From a virus (Duplodnaviria > Caudoviricetes), in IMG/VR virus record IMGVR_UViG_3300046722_000114, positions 1 through 58,460 of that record: a stretch of DNA of 58,460 nucleotides, one strand, 5' to 3'. Shown here one piece after another: positions 26,553 to 35,879 of this stretch. Position 1 is the stretch's first letter, and every line of letters starts with the position of its first letter. The position numbers and the translations under genes were made by a program. Under the pieces are notes generated by a model. The model searched no databases, was not told the DNA's origin, and saw only the letters and a program-made list of their open reading frames with translations.

Positions 26553-26803
26553 TCTCGATCAGGACGCAGATTCAGCGTGCGGGCAGCACGATCCGGGACG
26601 CCCCGGAGCCGGCTCATTCCTATTGGCGCGAGGGTGCGCGGGAGGACGACCTGGAGGAGGTTGAGCAGATCGACCGCGCGATCGCGGAGCTGATTGCCGA
26701 CTACAAGACGTACGCCGCCGCCAAGCACATGATCCTGTCCCGCTGCGTGATGCGGGCGAAGCGGGCCCGCGAGAAGGCGGCGAGGAAACACGGCGGAGGG
26801 TGA
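26549..26803 (+). CDS. Hypothetical protein
   Basis: GTGA overlap with the upstream gene. Confidence 0.55.
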   Translation: MISIRTQIQRAGSTIRDAPEPAHSYWREGAREDDLEEVEQIDRAIAELIADYKTYAAAKHMILSRCVMRAKRAREKAARKHGGG

Positions 26804-26807
26804 AGAG

Positions 26808-26981
26808 ATGGCGACGCGCTATGAGATCAGCAAAGCGCTCGACGATGTGCAAAGTGAGTTATGGGCCATCGTGCGAAAGTACGCTCTCGACGTACCTGAG
26901 TGCGCCGTTGAGGAGATTGCGGTGTATTTCGTGACGAAGGAAGTTCCGACGCTCGACGATTGGCGCTTGAACCGTCGCTAA
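26808..26981 (+). CDS. Hypothetical 57-aa protein (not in ORF track)
   Basis: MATRYEISKALDDVQSELW...; GGAGG RBS. Confidence 0.5.
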   Translation: MATRYEISKALDDVQSELWAIVRKYALDVPECAVEEIAVYFVTKEVPTLDDWRLNRR

Positions 26982-27192
26982 AGGGGGAGAATGAGATGAC
27001 ACCCGAGAAATGGACACCGGGCCGCGTCGCCATCCACATGGCCGGCGCGTTGCCCACGTTTCGAGCCGAACAGCGGCGCCGCGGCCTGACTGGGCGCCTG
27101 TGGTGGGTCTGGCTAAACCTAACGGCAATCCTCTTAGTCAGCGTCGCGGTGATCTCGCTAGCGGTGCATCTGCTGCGGAGGGGGGCGCTGCT

Positions 27193-27408
27193 GTGACCCC
27201 ATGTCCATTTTGCGGCTGCGAGGAAACGCCGGTCTTCGTCTGGAAAGAGCGAAAAGATCACACCCTCGCCGAGATCGATGAGGTTAGGATGTATTGCCGT
27301 GAGTGCGATGCGGCCGGGCCCCCGGTCGAGCTTGAGAAGCGGGCCGGCGATGAGGAGGCGCGAAAGGCGGCCGAGGCAGCGCTAGCTCTTTGGGAGAAGC
27401 GAGTGTGA
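27193..27408 (+). CDS. Lar-like (restriction alleviation) Zn-finger protein
   Basis: PCPFCG...YCRECDA.GP...A..LW. Confidence 0.65.
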   Translation: MTPCPFCGCEETPVFVWKERKDHTLAEIDEVRMYCRECDAAGPPVELEKRAGDEEARKAAEAALALWEKRV

Positions 27409-27534
27409 AGATCGATTCCGCCCCGCCGAGCGATCAGTACATCGAGGGTTTCAACGCGGCAGTAGAAGCGGTTGACGCAGCGGCCAATAGTTTTCTCGCC
27501 ATCCACGCCCCCCCCCACTGTGAAGGGTTAATCG

Positions 27535-27810
27535 ATGCCGCGTTATGTCAATGAGCCGTTTAATACACTGCCGAATGGGTTGACGCTTGTTCAAATCAAC
27601 CCGGAACGCGCGGTTGATCTTAATAAGGAAAGCCAGTTTTGCGGCTGGCTGTTCTGGCATCATCCCGATGGACAGTGGGTAACGGAGCGCAAGCTCTCGA
27701 CGCGCGAAATCGAAGACGCCTACGATCAATCGTCCGATATGCGCGTACTCGACGCGGCATCAGATGGTCATGTTGTTCTGCGGTCTAAAAGCGGAGTGCG
27801 CTTTGCATGA
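27535..27810 (+). CDS. Hypothetical protein
   Basis: 91-aa ORF, plausible composition. Confidence 0.55.
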   Translation: MPRYVNEPFNTLPNGLTLVQINPERAVDLNKESQFCGWLFWHHPDGQWVTERKLSTREIEDAYDQSSDMRVLDAASDGHVVLRSKSGVRFA

Positions 27811-27931
27811 TCTTGCAAGTGCCGTCAGAATCCGATCTTCCGGGGTCTTCTCCGCGCCGAGATGGCGTGAGCGCCTAGCGCTCGATCCTTGACAACAACA
27901 CACCGGCTCTGTTGTGGAAGAAAACCGGCAC

Positions 27932-28375
27932 CTATTGCGACCGTCTCCGCCACCTCCCGATTAGATCGCTCACCGGAAAATCCTGCGGCGCGAAGAAGCC
28001 GGCGCGGATGCGCTCGGCGCTGGGCTTCGTGTCGCGCGTCGCGATGCGCCAGGCCGTCAGCGCGGCCTGTACGTCGTCGAGAGCGCGGCACACCACCACC
28101 GGGCACCCCGTCGCCGTAAGCGCGCTATGCGTCGTCCGCTGCGCTTCCGAGAGCGATCCGCGAGCCGACTTGAGCTCGACCCAATGGGCGCGGCCCTCGT
28201 GGACAATCAGAATGTCCGGCACGCCGGCCCGAAGCCCCATGCCCTTCAGGATGCGCCCACGCAGCTCGCCGCCGCCGCCCGCCGGGATCGCGGTGAACCA
28301 GGTCGGCGGCAAGAGCGCCCACGCCAGATAGTCGGCTACGGCGCGCTGGAGGCGCTGTTCGGGGGCGGCTCTCAT
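27932..28375 (-). CDS. VRR-NUC domain nuclease
   Basis: E..LQ..V, G...GVPD, ELK..G.LS..Q. Confidence 0.85.
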   Translation of the reverse strand: MRAAPEQRLQRAVADYLAWALLPPTWFTAIPAGGGGELRGRILKGMGLRAGVPDILIVHEGRAHWVELKSARGSLSEAQRTTHSALTATGCPVVVCRALDDVQAALTAWRIATRDTKPSAERIRAGFFAPQDFPVSDLIGRWRRRSQ

Positions 28376-28620
28376 TTCCCGAGAGCCAGTCTCCGCAGCC
28401 AGCCGCTTTCGATGGAATCGCGGGCTAAAGCGCCATCGGCCTCATCCATTTTTCGATGATGGCCGTCCGCTGTCCCCTGCCGCCAGCCGTGCCAGTACGA
28501 AAGCGAGCGGTTGTCGCCTGGCTCGGGCTCATTGGCGCGACCGTCCCGATAACCCTCCAGCACTTCGGCATCGTCGAGGGCATCTAACTCGGCAGCGGTA
28601 CGAAGTGGAATCCTGCTCAT
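28372..28620 (-). CDS. Hypothetical protein
   Basis: EGYRDG..EP..NRS.SYWHGW motif; ATGA coupling. Confidence 0.65.
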   Translation of the reverse strand: MSRIPLRTAAELDALDDAEVLEGYRDGRANEPEPGDNRSLSYWHGWRQGTADGHHRKMDEADGALARDSIESGWLRRLALGK

Positions 28621-28874
28621 TGGTCGTTAAACCCTCGAATGACGTTCTCTTCCCGCGAAAAACACCCTGGGTGCGGCTCGCACCGCAGCTCAATCCCGCG
28701 CAGGTCCGGCCACAGCCAGCCCTTGGCGACCGCCTTGACGGCTTCGCGACACGTCGCCTCGCTCTTGGCGCAGATGGTCCCCGGCTCGATCGCCCAATCG
28801 GTCGGCTCGCCCCAGACGGCGGAGCACGACAGCGCGAAGGCCAGGGCGAGCGCGGGAGGGATCAGGCGGGTCAT
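28617..28874 (-). CDS. Small exported Cys-rich protein
   Basis: Hydrophobic N-terminus and several Cys. Confidence 0.55.
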   Translation of the reverse strand: MTRLIPPALALAFALSCSAVWGEPTDWAIEPGTICAKSEATCREAVKAVAKGWLWPDLRGIELRCEPHPGCFSREENVIRGFNDQ

Positions 28875-29039
28875 GGCTTAAACATATCGATAGCCTGCTG
28901 CACCTGCCTCTTCGTAGGCCGCGTTGGGGGTCGCCGCGCGATCGTGCCGCTCGGCTTCACCGCCGGCTTCTTAACTTCGCCGCTCTCGGTCTCCAGGATC
29001 ACGAACTGGCCTCGGCGGGTTTTCATTCAGAATGTTCTC

Positions 29040-29255
29040 TTATCGGTAAACTGAGCCGGGCTGTCCCAATTCGTTTGAATCAGTGCAGTCTAAGCGATGA
29101 TCGGATGCTTTGGGGCAGCGTTTATTGCCACATTTGGGGCACAGTATCATCAGCGTCCGAACCTCATCGCGGTCTCGAAGACAGGCATAGCATCGGCACA
29201 AGCCCGGTGTTCTTCGTGATTTCATAGACCTGAGGTAGCGGTCTAAGTCCGACAT
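29040..29255 (-). CDS. Small Cys-rich Zn-binding protein
   Basis: C.C..C...MILCPKCGNKRCPKA.DH..C..SN..GQ.GS.Y. Confidence 0.7.
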   Translation of the reverse strand: MSDLDRYLRSMKSRRTPGLCRCYACLRDRDEVRTLMILCPKCGNKRCPKASDHRLDCTDSNELGQPGSVYR

Positions 29256-29260
29256 ATCCC

Positions 29261-30169
29261 TTAATCCGATTTCTGAGACAAACGACCGCGCACCTCGGCG
29301 GCTTTGATGGCGTGCAGCGTCCGGTCGAACAGCAGCCGGAGGCGAGGCGGCACTCCGGTCCAGTCGTCTGTCGGCCGCCAGCCCTCAAGAGACTGAAACA
29401 GATCGCGGGTGGCTTCCAGCGCGCTGGTGCCGGGCCGGGCTTCGTTATGCCTGATGGCGGCCTCGATCTCCTGCGCCAGCGCTTGCACGGCGCGCTCAAC
29501 CCCCTCCTCGCTCATCGGATAGGGGCGCTGGAAGAAAAGCCGGAACCGCTCGGCGATCTCCAGCGCGGAGGCGCTGCTCACGTTTGCCACGTTGGGCTTC
29601 TCATTTTTCGGTTTAGCCTCGGCGAGGTCGCGCAGGGCAAGAAGTGCCTTATCTCTCGCATGATCCCAACCAAACGCCCAGTCATTCGTGAGTGTATCGG
29701 GAGTTGGAATTAGAGCGTTCTTCACTGCTTCCGCTGCAGCCGCCCGACCGCGCGCCTCGGCGGCCTTAATGGATGCGGGTGCCTGGGCGGCGGCCCCAAT
29801 TACAGCTGCTATCTTCTCGGAAAACTCCACCTCATGTTGCGTGAAGTCATCCATGCCGGCGCCCACATCAAGCAGATAGGCGCGGATCAGCTTCTCGGCG
29901 ATCTCTGTCGCTTGCGTGGCGGGGCGCCTCTCCGGGAACGGGTTGAGCTTCCAGCTGAGGTAGCCGGGGGCGGGTTTCAGGCGGGAGATCTCCGCGTCGG
30001 CGCGAGCAGCAAATTCGATCAATTCAGAGAGCCGGGCGATCTCCGCGTCCCGCTCCGCGAGGGCGAGGCGGGCGGCGACGCGCTGCAATTCAAGCTCCGT
30101 GCATTCCTCTCGTAATATGTCGTTCACTCTATGTGCGTTGGAAAGTGCGCGCTCGTGCTCGGTGGTCAT
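29261..30169 (-). CDS. Modular hypothetical protein with internal repeats
   Basis: IKAAE.RGR twice; coiled-coil N-terminus. Confidence 0.6.
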   Translation of the reverse strand: MTTEHERALSNAHRVNDILREECTELELQRVAARLALAERDAEIARLSELIEFAARADAEISRLKPAPGYLSWKLNPFPERRPATQATEIAEKLIRAYLLDVGAGMDDFTQHEVEFSEKIAAVIGAAAQAPASIKAAEARGRAAAAEAVKNALIPTPDTLTNDWAFGWDHARDKALLALRDLAEAKPKNEKPNVANVSSASALEIAERFRLFFQRPYPMSEEGVERAVQALAQEIEAAIRHNEARPGTSALEATRDLFQSLEGWRPTDDWTGVPPRLRLLFDRTLHAIKAAEVRGRLSQKSD

Positions 30170-30444
30170 CGCGACTCCTCCACGGCATCGAACGCAGCGA
30201 TAGCGTCGGTTAGACGATGGTAGGTTGTGCCATGCACTCTGATTTGGAGAACAGCTTGCCGCGCGGCCTCGACCACGGCCAGGGCGAGCTTGTGCTGCAC
30301 CAGGGTGGTGAGGACGGAGTTCAGGGCAGCGGCCTGCGCCGTCCAGTGCCGCTGATTGTCAGGCACGGTAGAATTCTCTGCGCGATCGGCATAATCAACC
30401 CGTGCGCGGCGCACCGCCGAGATCTGGTCGTCGATGGTCGTCAT
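30166..30444 (-). CDS. Hypothetical protein
   Basis: ATGA coupling. Confidence 0.55.
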   Translation of the reverse strand: MTTIDDQISAVRRARVDYADRAENSTVPDNQRHWTAQAAALNSVLTTLVQHKLALAVVEAARQAVLQIRVHGTTYHRLTDAIAAFDAVEESR

Positions 30445-30570
30445 TCGGTATATCCCTCCGGTCGCCAGCCTTCCGGCAGCGGCTCGCCAGCGAGGAAGCG
30501 CCTGCGCAGCTCGGCAACCGCAGCCATGTAAGACTCGTAGCAGTCCCGCGCTTCGTCGAACTCGCGCTCG

Positions 30571-31692
30571 TCATCCTGCGGCATCGAACAATCCTCCAAG
30601 CGGTTTATCGGGTGCTCGCCTAGCCTTGGCCACTAGTGAGTGTCGCCCTTCGCCTTCATAGAAGGCGATCCGTTCTCGGATGTCAGCGACATAGGCTTCC
30701 TCCCGCTCTATCAGGATGGCGTTGCGGCCAGTAGCGAGCGCTGCTGCCCCGGTCGTGCCGCTGCCGGCGAAGGGGTCGAGCACGAGGCCGCCGGGCGGCG
30801 TGACGAGCGCCACGAGCCACTTCATCAACTCGACAGGCTTGACGGTCGGATGCCGACTGCCCCAGCGATCCTCAGCGCCGGCTTTGGCTGAGAAGAAGAA
30901 GCGGGCTGCAGAGCCGCTATCGCCTCTCGGCGGCGTATCGGGGCGTGGGCCATAATCGCCGTAGCAGTTGACCGTCTTGCGGTCGCCGTGTTGCTCACCG
31001 ACAAACCGCAGTTGCCCCGCGCTCTGCGGGAACGCCACCAGCACCTCGTCGGAGCCGTCGTGGCAGATGTTGGCGGGCCAGCGGCCCAGTGGTGAATCTG
31101 TCGCTATGAAGTCCTTGCTGCTACGAATGCCAGCGAGCGTTCCGTTCGCACTGCCGACCACGGCTCCGCGCATGTGCTCGGTGCCAGCGAAAATCCGGCA
31201 CTCGTCCACCTGCATCGTCCGCTTGCCGCCCGGCCTGTAGGCGAGGCAGACTGGCTCGAAGGCTGGCTTTAAATGGTCCCTGCGCTTCGGGAATCCGCTC
31301 CCGAACAGCCACATGATTGTGTCCTGGATGACGAACCCGGCATCCTCGATCGCGCACCAAACGCGGTGGTGCGTGCGGGTGCCACCAAACGCCACGAGGA
31401 ATGCGCCGGGCCGCATGATCGTGGCGACGGTCGCCCATGTCTCGGGACGGAAGGCGATGTCGCCTCCGTCCCACTGCTGATTCATGAATCCACCCGACAA
31501 GCGCTTCATAGCACCGTCGCGCCCCTCTTGCGCTGGCGCAGCATTAGCGGCCCCAAAGCGTTTAACGGTAGCCGTCAGATGGTAGGGCGGATCGGTCACA
31601 ACCGCATCCACCACGACCCCCTCCGCGACGAGGCGTGGGATCGCCCGCAGCATGTCGTCGTGTTCGAGGCGGACACTAACCATTTGAGACAT
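30571..31692 (-). CDS. DNA methyltransferase (DPPY, N6-adenine type)
   Basis: VVTDPPY, IEDAGF, GRWPAN, HPTVKP, VLDPFAGSGTT. Confidence 0.92.
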   Translation of the reverse strand: MSQMVSVRLEHDDMLRAIPRLVAEGVVVDAVVTDPPYHLTATVKRFGAANAAPAQEGRDGAMKRLSGGFMNQQWDGGDIAFRPETWATVATIMRPGAFLVAFGGTRTHHRVWCAIEDAGFVIQDTIMWLFGSGFPKRRDHLKPAFEPVCLAYRPGGKRTMQVDECRIFAGTEHMRGAVVGSANGTLAGIRSSKDFIATDSPLGRWPANICHDGSDEVLVAFPQSAGQLRFVGEQHGDRKTVNCYGDYGPRPDTPPRGDSGSAARFFFSAKAGAEDRWGSRHPTVKPVELMKWLVALVTPPGGLVLDPFAGSGTTGAAALATGRNAILIEREEAYVADIRERIAFYEGEGRHSLVAKARRAPDKPLGGLFDAAG

Positions 31693-31941
31693 TTGCAGCG
31701 CCGGCAGTGTTGCGCGGGAACAGGTGCGGCCAGCAGTCCTCGCGCGTGACCGCTTCCCCGTCCATTATCCGCCGGAACGCTTCTTGGTCGATGATGCCAC
31801 GAATGGCGTTGCATCGTCGGTGGACGATCCCGAGGATTTTCGTGCGGCGAATTAGAGCATCACGAGACCGTATTTCAGCAAGTAGCATTGCCACTTGTGG
31901 GTTTTGCACCTCGACGATCTGACATAGGCGATCTGTTGGTA

Positions 31942-32253
31942 TCATTGGTCTCCCCCAGCCGTCTCCTCCGCGAGCGCCGCGTCGATCATGCGCCGCCATT
32001 GCTCTGATGCTGTCTCGCCCAGAAACGCGCCGCATGCCATTCGCATCGAACCATCGCCCACATCGACGCCGTGGCACCGATGTCGCCCCGCAACATCCAT
32101 TGCCTCGGTCGGCTCGCGCATGGCTTCGATCGCGGCTCGGGCGACCCGTTGGCTCATATCCGAAAAAGCGGCATTGCGGATCGGCTGTCTTCCACTCTGA
32201 CGGATCATCTCGTCCACGATCGCCTGCGTCACCCGGTCGACCATCTCAGCCAT
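31942..32253 (-). CDS. REPT-motif small protein, paralog 3
   Basis: MAEMVDRVTQAI..ARAAIEAMREPTEAM..MIDAALAE. Confidence 0.75.
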   Translation of the reverse strand: MAEMVDRVTQAIVDEMIRQSGRQPIRNAAFSDMSQRVARAAIEAMREPTEAMDVAGRHRCHGVDVGDGSMRMACGAFLGETASEQWRRMIDAALAEETAGGDQ

Positions 32254-32580
32254 CAGGCGTCCCCTCCTCCGCGAGCGCCGCGTCGATCATCGCGCGCCAA
32301 ATAGCGTCAGCTAAATTCCTGTTACGAGTAGCCGCCCGGCACATCGACTCGGTCGGCTCCCGGAGTGCGGCTATGGCGGCGCGGGCAGCATTTTCGCATA
32401 CTGCTCTAACCTGTGCCCTGCACGTGGCAGCGTCGGCACCGGTGATGCGATCATTATCCAGGAGCATATCGGCAAGCTGATCGCCGTCGATGCCGTTCGG
32501 CGCATCGTAAATCGCCTGCGTCACCCGGTCGACCATCTCAGCCATCAGGCGTCCCATCCTCCGCGAGCGCCGCGTCGATC
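32219..32580. repeat. 70-bp direct repeats spanning the paralog junctions
   Basis: 32219-32288 vs 32511-32580, one mismatch. Confidence 0.9.
32246..32545 (-). CDS. REPT-motif small protein, paralog 2
   Basis: MAEMVDRVTQAI..ARAAIAALREPTESM..MIDAALAEE. Confidence 0.75.
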   Translation of the reverse strand: MAEMVDRVTQAIYDAPNGIDGDQLADMLLDNDRITGADAATCRAQVRAVCENAARAAIAALREPTESMCRAATRNRNLADAIWRAMIDAALAEEGTPDG

Positions 32581-32819
32581 CCGGCGAGCCAGCAATCAAG
32601 CCAAACCTCGGGGGAGCTACGATCATCGTCACGTCCAAATGACGCGATACCTGCATTCATTACCGCACCGGTCGGCTCCCGGAGTGCGGCGATGACAGCC
32701 CTGACCATCGCTTCTGCATAGCCATCGCTAGGTGCCGCCGCCCGAAGATGGCCCTGTTGTCCAAACGTCTGCGCCGTTTCGCTCAGAGCCGCTTTCGCTC
32801 GCTCGACCATGCTAGTCAT
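32538..32819 (-). CDS. REPT-motif small protein, paralog 1
   Basis: MVERA..RAVIAALREPT..IDAALAED. Confidence 0.75.
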   Translation of the reverse strand: MTSMVERAKAALSETAQTFGQQGHLRAAAPSDGYAEAMVRAVIAALREPTGAVMNAGIASFGRDDDRSSPEVWLDCWLAGIDAALAEDGTPDG

Positions 32820-32868
32820 CAGTCGCCTCCCGCCTCCGACGCGCCAGCATCCGCTTTTGGTTCTAGGC

Positions 32869-33072
32869 TCACCGAATAAATCCTTTAATGCAGATTAGGC
32901 CCGCCACGCCGGTCGCCTCCCGGCTAATCTTGACGTTAGGGATGGCGGCCTCGCAGACGGCCTCGGTTTGATAACTCCGCTGATTGCTGATGACCGCGTG
33001 CCCGTTCGGACTGTAGTAGCCGCCCGAGTCGGGGCCGCTCCATAGGATCAGCAAGAACCATGCTTCCTTCAT
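32869..33072 (-). CDS. Small hypothetical protein (W.L.., C..A..C motif)
   Basis: GGAGG RBS. Confidence 0.55.
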   Translation of the reverse strand: MKEAWFLLILWSGPDSGGYYSPNGHAVISNQRSYQTEAVCEAAIPNVKISREATGVAGLICIKGFIR

Positions 33073-33090
33073 TTTGAATTCGCCTCCACG

Positions 33091-33279
33091 CTAGTCATCA
33101 ACCACCCCCCGTTGCCGACGCGCCAGCATCCGCATCCCCAGCGCCGCCATTTGCTCGCCGATCCGCACCGCGCTTTCCGGCGTCAGCAACGACCGGGTGA
33201 ACGGCAGATGCGCCTCATCGCAATCCTCGATCACGACGACCTGGTCGCACTGGTAGACGATCAGGGTGCGGGCGGTCAT
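33091..33279 (-). CDS. Hypothetical protein
   Basis: ATGA coupling. Confidence 0.5.
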   Translation of the reverse strand: MTARTLIVYQCDQVVVIEDCDEAHLPFTRSLLTPESAVRIGEQMAALGMRMLARRQRGVVDD

Positions 33280-33467
33280 TGGGCTGCGTCACGATCTGGG
33301 GGCGGCGGGAGATGGGGCAGAGATGCCCTAGCTAATCTACAGAGGTAAGGCCAATTCGGGACATCCCCCCGTCCCGCAATATCTGCTGCCGCGAGCGTAC
33401 CGACAATTTGATAAAGCGCTCGGTGCAAATCAGCATTGCTCCGAACGGCATCGCCCAAGACGCTCAT
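33276..33467 (-). CDS. Hypothetical protein
   Basis: ATGA coupling. Confidence 0.5.
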   Translation of the reverse strand: MSVLGDAVRSNADLHRALYQIVGTLAAADIAGRGDVPNWPYLCRLARASLPHLPPPPDRDAAQ

Positions 33468-33649
33468 TGTGCTGCCTCCGTATTCTTCAGGCTGTCGATC
33501 GCCATTTCCACCAGCCGAGGCACGGGGACGTGGCCGCGTATATAACGAGATACGGACTCTGGTCGGATACCGGCCTTGGCGGCAAAATCCTTTTGGCTGA
33601 GGCCGAGCATCCAGAGCGCGATGCGCAGATCGGTTCCTGTCATGGGCAC
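33464..33649 (-). CDS. XRE/Cro-like helix-turn-helix regulator
   Basis: MTG.DLR..L..LGLSQ.DFA...GI...SVSRY..G..PVP. Confidence 0.85.
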   Translation of the reverse strand: MPMTGTDLRIALWMLGLSQKDFAAKAGIRPESVSRYIRGHVPVPRLVEMAIDSLKNTEAAQ

Positions 33650-33650
33650 G

Positions 33651-33721
33651 AGGCTAGCGAAACAATCTCATGACTGTCAATCATTTTCTTGTTGACGCAT
33701 GTTCTTGACCGTGCGCACCAT
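33651..33721. promoter_or_regulatory. Divergent sigma70-like promoters
   Basis: Minus strand TTGACA-N18-TAGCCT; plus strand TTGACG-N18-CACCAT. Confidence 0.5.
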
Positions 33722-33745
33722 CCGTCCCAACAGCGGAGGACGCAG

Positions 33746-33961
33746 ATGGCAAAGGCTACCCCCACGCTCAACCAAGGCATGGAAGCCGTCGCGCGCAATC
33801 TGCGTGAATTCGGCTATCCCGATGTGACGGCCGTGATGATCCGCGACATTTATGATGCGTGGCTCATGGGTAAGCGCTATCCCGACCTTCCGCACGGCAT
33901 CATCGGCGGATTTGCGGAAAGGCACATGGAAACGCTAGCGGAATTGGAGAAGCTGCCATGA
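33746..33961 (+). CDS. Hypothetical early protein
   Basis: GGAGGA RBS before MAKATP. Confidence 0.6.
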   Translation: MAKATPTLNQGMEAVARNLREFGYPDVTAVMIRDIYDAWLMGKRYPDLPHGIIGGFAERHMETLAELEKLP

Positions 33962-34150
33962 TGACCCCCTGCGAGCGGGCCGACGCGATCGAGCGCTGCG
34001 GCGTCTGGGGGCCGGAGAGCGATTTAGAGCCGTTCGACCCCTTCCCCGAGTTTCAGGCGATGTGGCGCCTGCTGGACGCGTTCCCCGGCTACAGCCTTGA
34101 ACAGATCATGGCCGGATTGCGGACCCCGGCGTGCGAGGAGACGAATTAAG

Positions 34151-34399
34151 ATGGATATCATCATCGAAAGCAACGAGTCACAGGATGTGGTACGGCAAAT
34201 CGCCGAATTCGTCCAGCGCGCGGCAGTGGCAGAACGCCATCACGCGGCTATTATGCACGCAGGAAAGAAGATCGCGACTGAGCGCTCCACCTATACCGCA
34301 GCCGTTCTCGACGGAGTAGCCAGCCAGATAGGCAGCATGAAGGTGCGCCCCAAGCTATCCCCCTCGTTAATCTCGGCGTGCGAGGAGACGAAGCCGTGA
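34151..34399 (+). CDS. Hypothetical protein
   Basis: GAGGAG RBS before MDIIIE. Confidence 0.55.
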   Translation: MDIIIESNESQDVVRQIAEFVQRAAVAERHHAAIMHAGKKIATERSTYTAAVLDGVASQIGSMKVRPKLSPSLISACEETKP

Positions 34400-34602
34400 G
34401 CGAGTGGCAGCCGATCTCGACCGCGCCGAGGGATAGCACGCTGATCCTGACGGCTACAGCGCGCGGCCCGATGATCGCCTATTGGGGTCGCCGTGGCGAG
34501 CTTAACGCTCCTGGATGGCTCGGTGGTCACTGCCATATTTATCACATTGATCAGCCGACCCACTGGCAGCCGCTGCCGGAGCCGCCGGAGGAGACGCCAT
34601 GA
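34396..34602 (+). CDS. DUF551-like protein
   Basis: WQPISTAPRD...PTHWQPLPEPP. Confidence 0.8.
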   Translation: MSEWQPISTAPRDSTLILTATARGPMIAYWGRRGELNAPGWLGGHCHIYHIDQPTHWQPLPEPPEETP

Positions 34603-34802
34603 CAACTCCCGTTCGCTGGCCGTTTCCCGCTGAACTTGACGCCAGAGAGGCGGCTGTCGACGTGGATGAGCCGTGGGCTGACGACGCGACGGGGCAACCC
34701 GCGCGCCACCCGCTGCGGGCGTTCATCGAGGTTGCGTTGGAATTCGCCGCCGGGGCGACAATCATCGGGTTGCTGATCGCGCTGGCGTTCTCGTTTTTCT
34801 GA
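34599..34802 (+). CDS. Small C-terminal TM protein
   Basis: ATGA coupling, hydrophobic C-terminus. Confidence 0.55.
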   Translation: MTTPVRWPFPAELDAREAAVDVDEPWADDATGQPARHPLRAFIEVALEFAAGATIIGLLIALAFSFF

Positions 34803-34822
34803 GATAGTCGATTACGGGAGAA

Positions 34823-35017
34823 ATGAAAATGCCGTTTTTTGGTTTAGCGTTGGTGATAGCGGCAGGCGCATTCACTGCTGGCAGTATAGCCCATGATGGA
34901 TGGTGCTGGTCGGGGTGCGCTGCGCAGGGTGATTATACCAGCACTATAATCGGGATGGTGTTCGGCGTAGGCATGTCTTTGTGTTTGTTTCATGATGTCA
35001 TGCGGTTTTTTCGTTAA
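34823..35017 (+). CDS. Small membrane protein
   Basis: Two hydrophobic segments. Confidence 0.5.
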   Translation: MKMPFFGLALVIAAGAFTAGSIAHDGWCWSGCAAQGDYTSTIIGMVFGVGMSLCLFHDVMRFFR

Positions 35018-35236
35018 TGACCTGGGCACAAGCCCTCAACAACGTAGGGATTTGCTTCGATGTCGCCGTCGCGATCGTTGGAGCTGCCTGGGCAATAAGC
35101 TGAGCGACCATCTTCGCGATGAGTCTCAACCGACCCCTGACACTAAATACCATAAAAAACCCGCATCAAATCAACTACATAACCATCAAATCTAGGTTTG
35201 ATAAAGTATCCTTTCTCTAACTGACATTGGTGGCCA

Positions 35237-35674
35237 GTGGAACCGGTAATGGGCAATTATCAAGGCGACACAGCGATGATGACTGACATCGACGACCTGA
35301 TCTCGCGACTCGCAGCGGCGAGCGGTGATTATGACGAGTGCCGCAGGTTGGATGCCGCGATTGCGGTATCTGTCGGTTGGGTGAATGAAAAAAATAAGAT
35401 GCCACATGCCTCGTGGCGAGACCCAAACGGTCATTATCATCTAGTCCCACCAGTGTTCACGCTATCACTCGATGCGGCGATGACCCTCGTGCAGGAGGGA
35501 TACCGGCTATACTCTCTCAGCGACCAAATGGACGATAGCCTGGGACGCTGGTTTGCTGGCGTCGCCAATGACGTTCCGCCGATCGTAAATCCACCAGCTA
35601 CGTCCTTCATGGGTCATGCGCCGACACCAGCGCTCGCCCTCTGCATCGCCTGTTTGCGCGCGAGGCAGCAATGA
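35237..35674 (+). CDS. Phage ABA-sandwich/NinX-like protein
   Basis: LDAAIA..P.FT.SLDAA.TLV..TPALALC.A.L; start uncertain. Confidence 0.65.
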   Translation: MEPVMGNYQGDTAMMTDIDDLISRLAAASGDYDECRRLDAAIAVSVGWVNEKNKMPHASWRDPNGHYHLVPPVFTLSLDAAMTLVQEGYRLYSLSDQMDDSLGRWFAGVANDVPPIVNPPATSFMGHAPTPALALCIACLRARQQ

Positions 35675-35676
35675 CG

Positions 35677-35705
35677 CAAAAAAGAAGCGCCCGCGAAGGG
35701 CGCTA
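35677..35705 (-). terminator. Rho-independent terminator ending the late operon
   Basis: AGCGCCC/GGGCGCT stem with an A-tract on the plus strand, in a convergent intergenic region. Confidence 0.7.
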
Positions 35706-35816
35706 GTCTAAAGGGAGACGGAAGCCGACTAAGCCTCCGCGCGCATCATAGCGCGGCAGGCGCAGGCGTCAACCATAGGACGACCTCGGTACTACCGAGG
35801 GCATCGATTCCCGCGG

Positions 35817-35852
35817 GCGCCACTTGCGCCACTTGCGCCACTTGCGCCACTT
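35817..35852. repeat. Tandem 9-bp repeat (GCGCCACTT) x4
   Basis: Direct reading. Confidence 0.9.
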
Positions 35853-35879
35853 TTAACGTCGATCAATATAATGCCCCAA

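Noticed and set aside
35817-35852. Repeats as a CRISPR array
   Set aside because: 9-bp units without spacers; the 70-bp repeats at 32.2-32.6 kb are coding and too far apart
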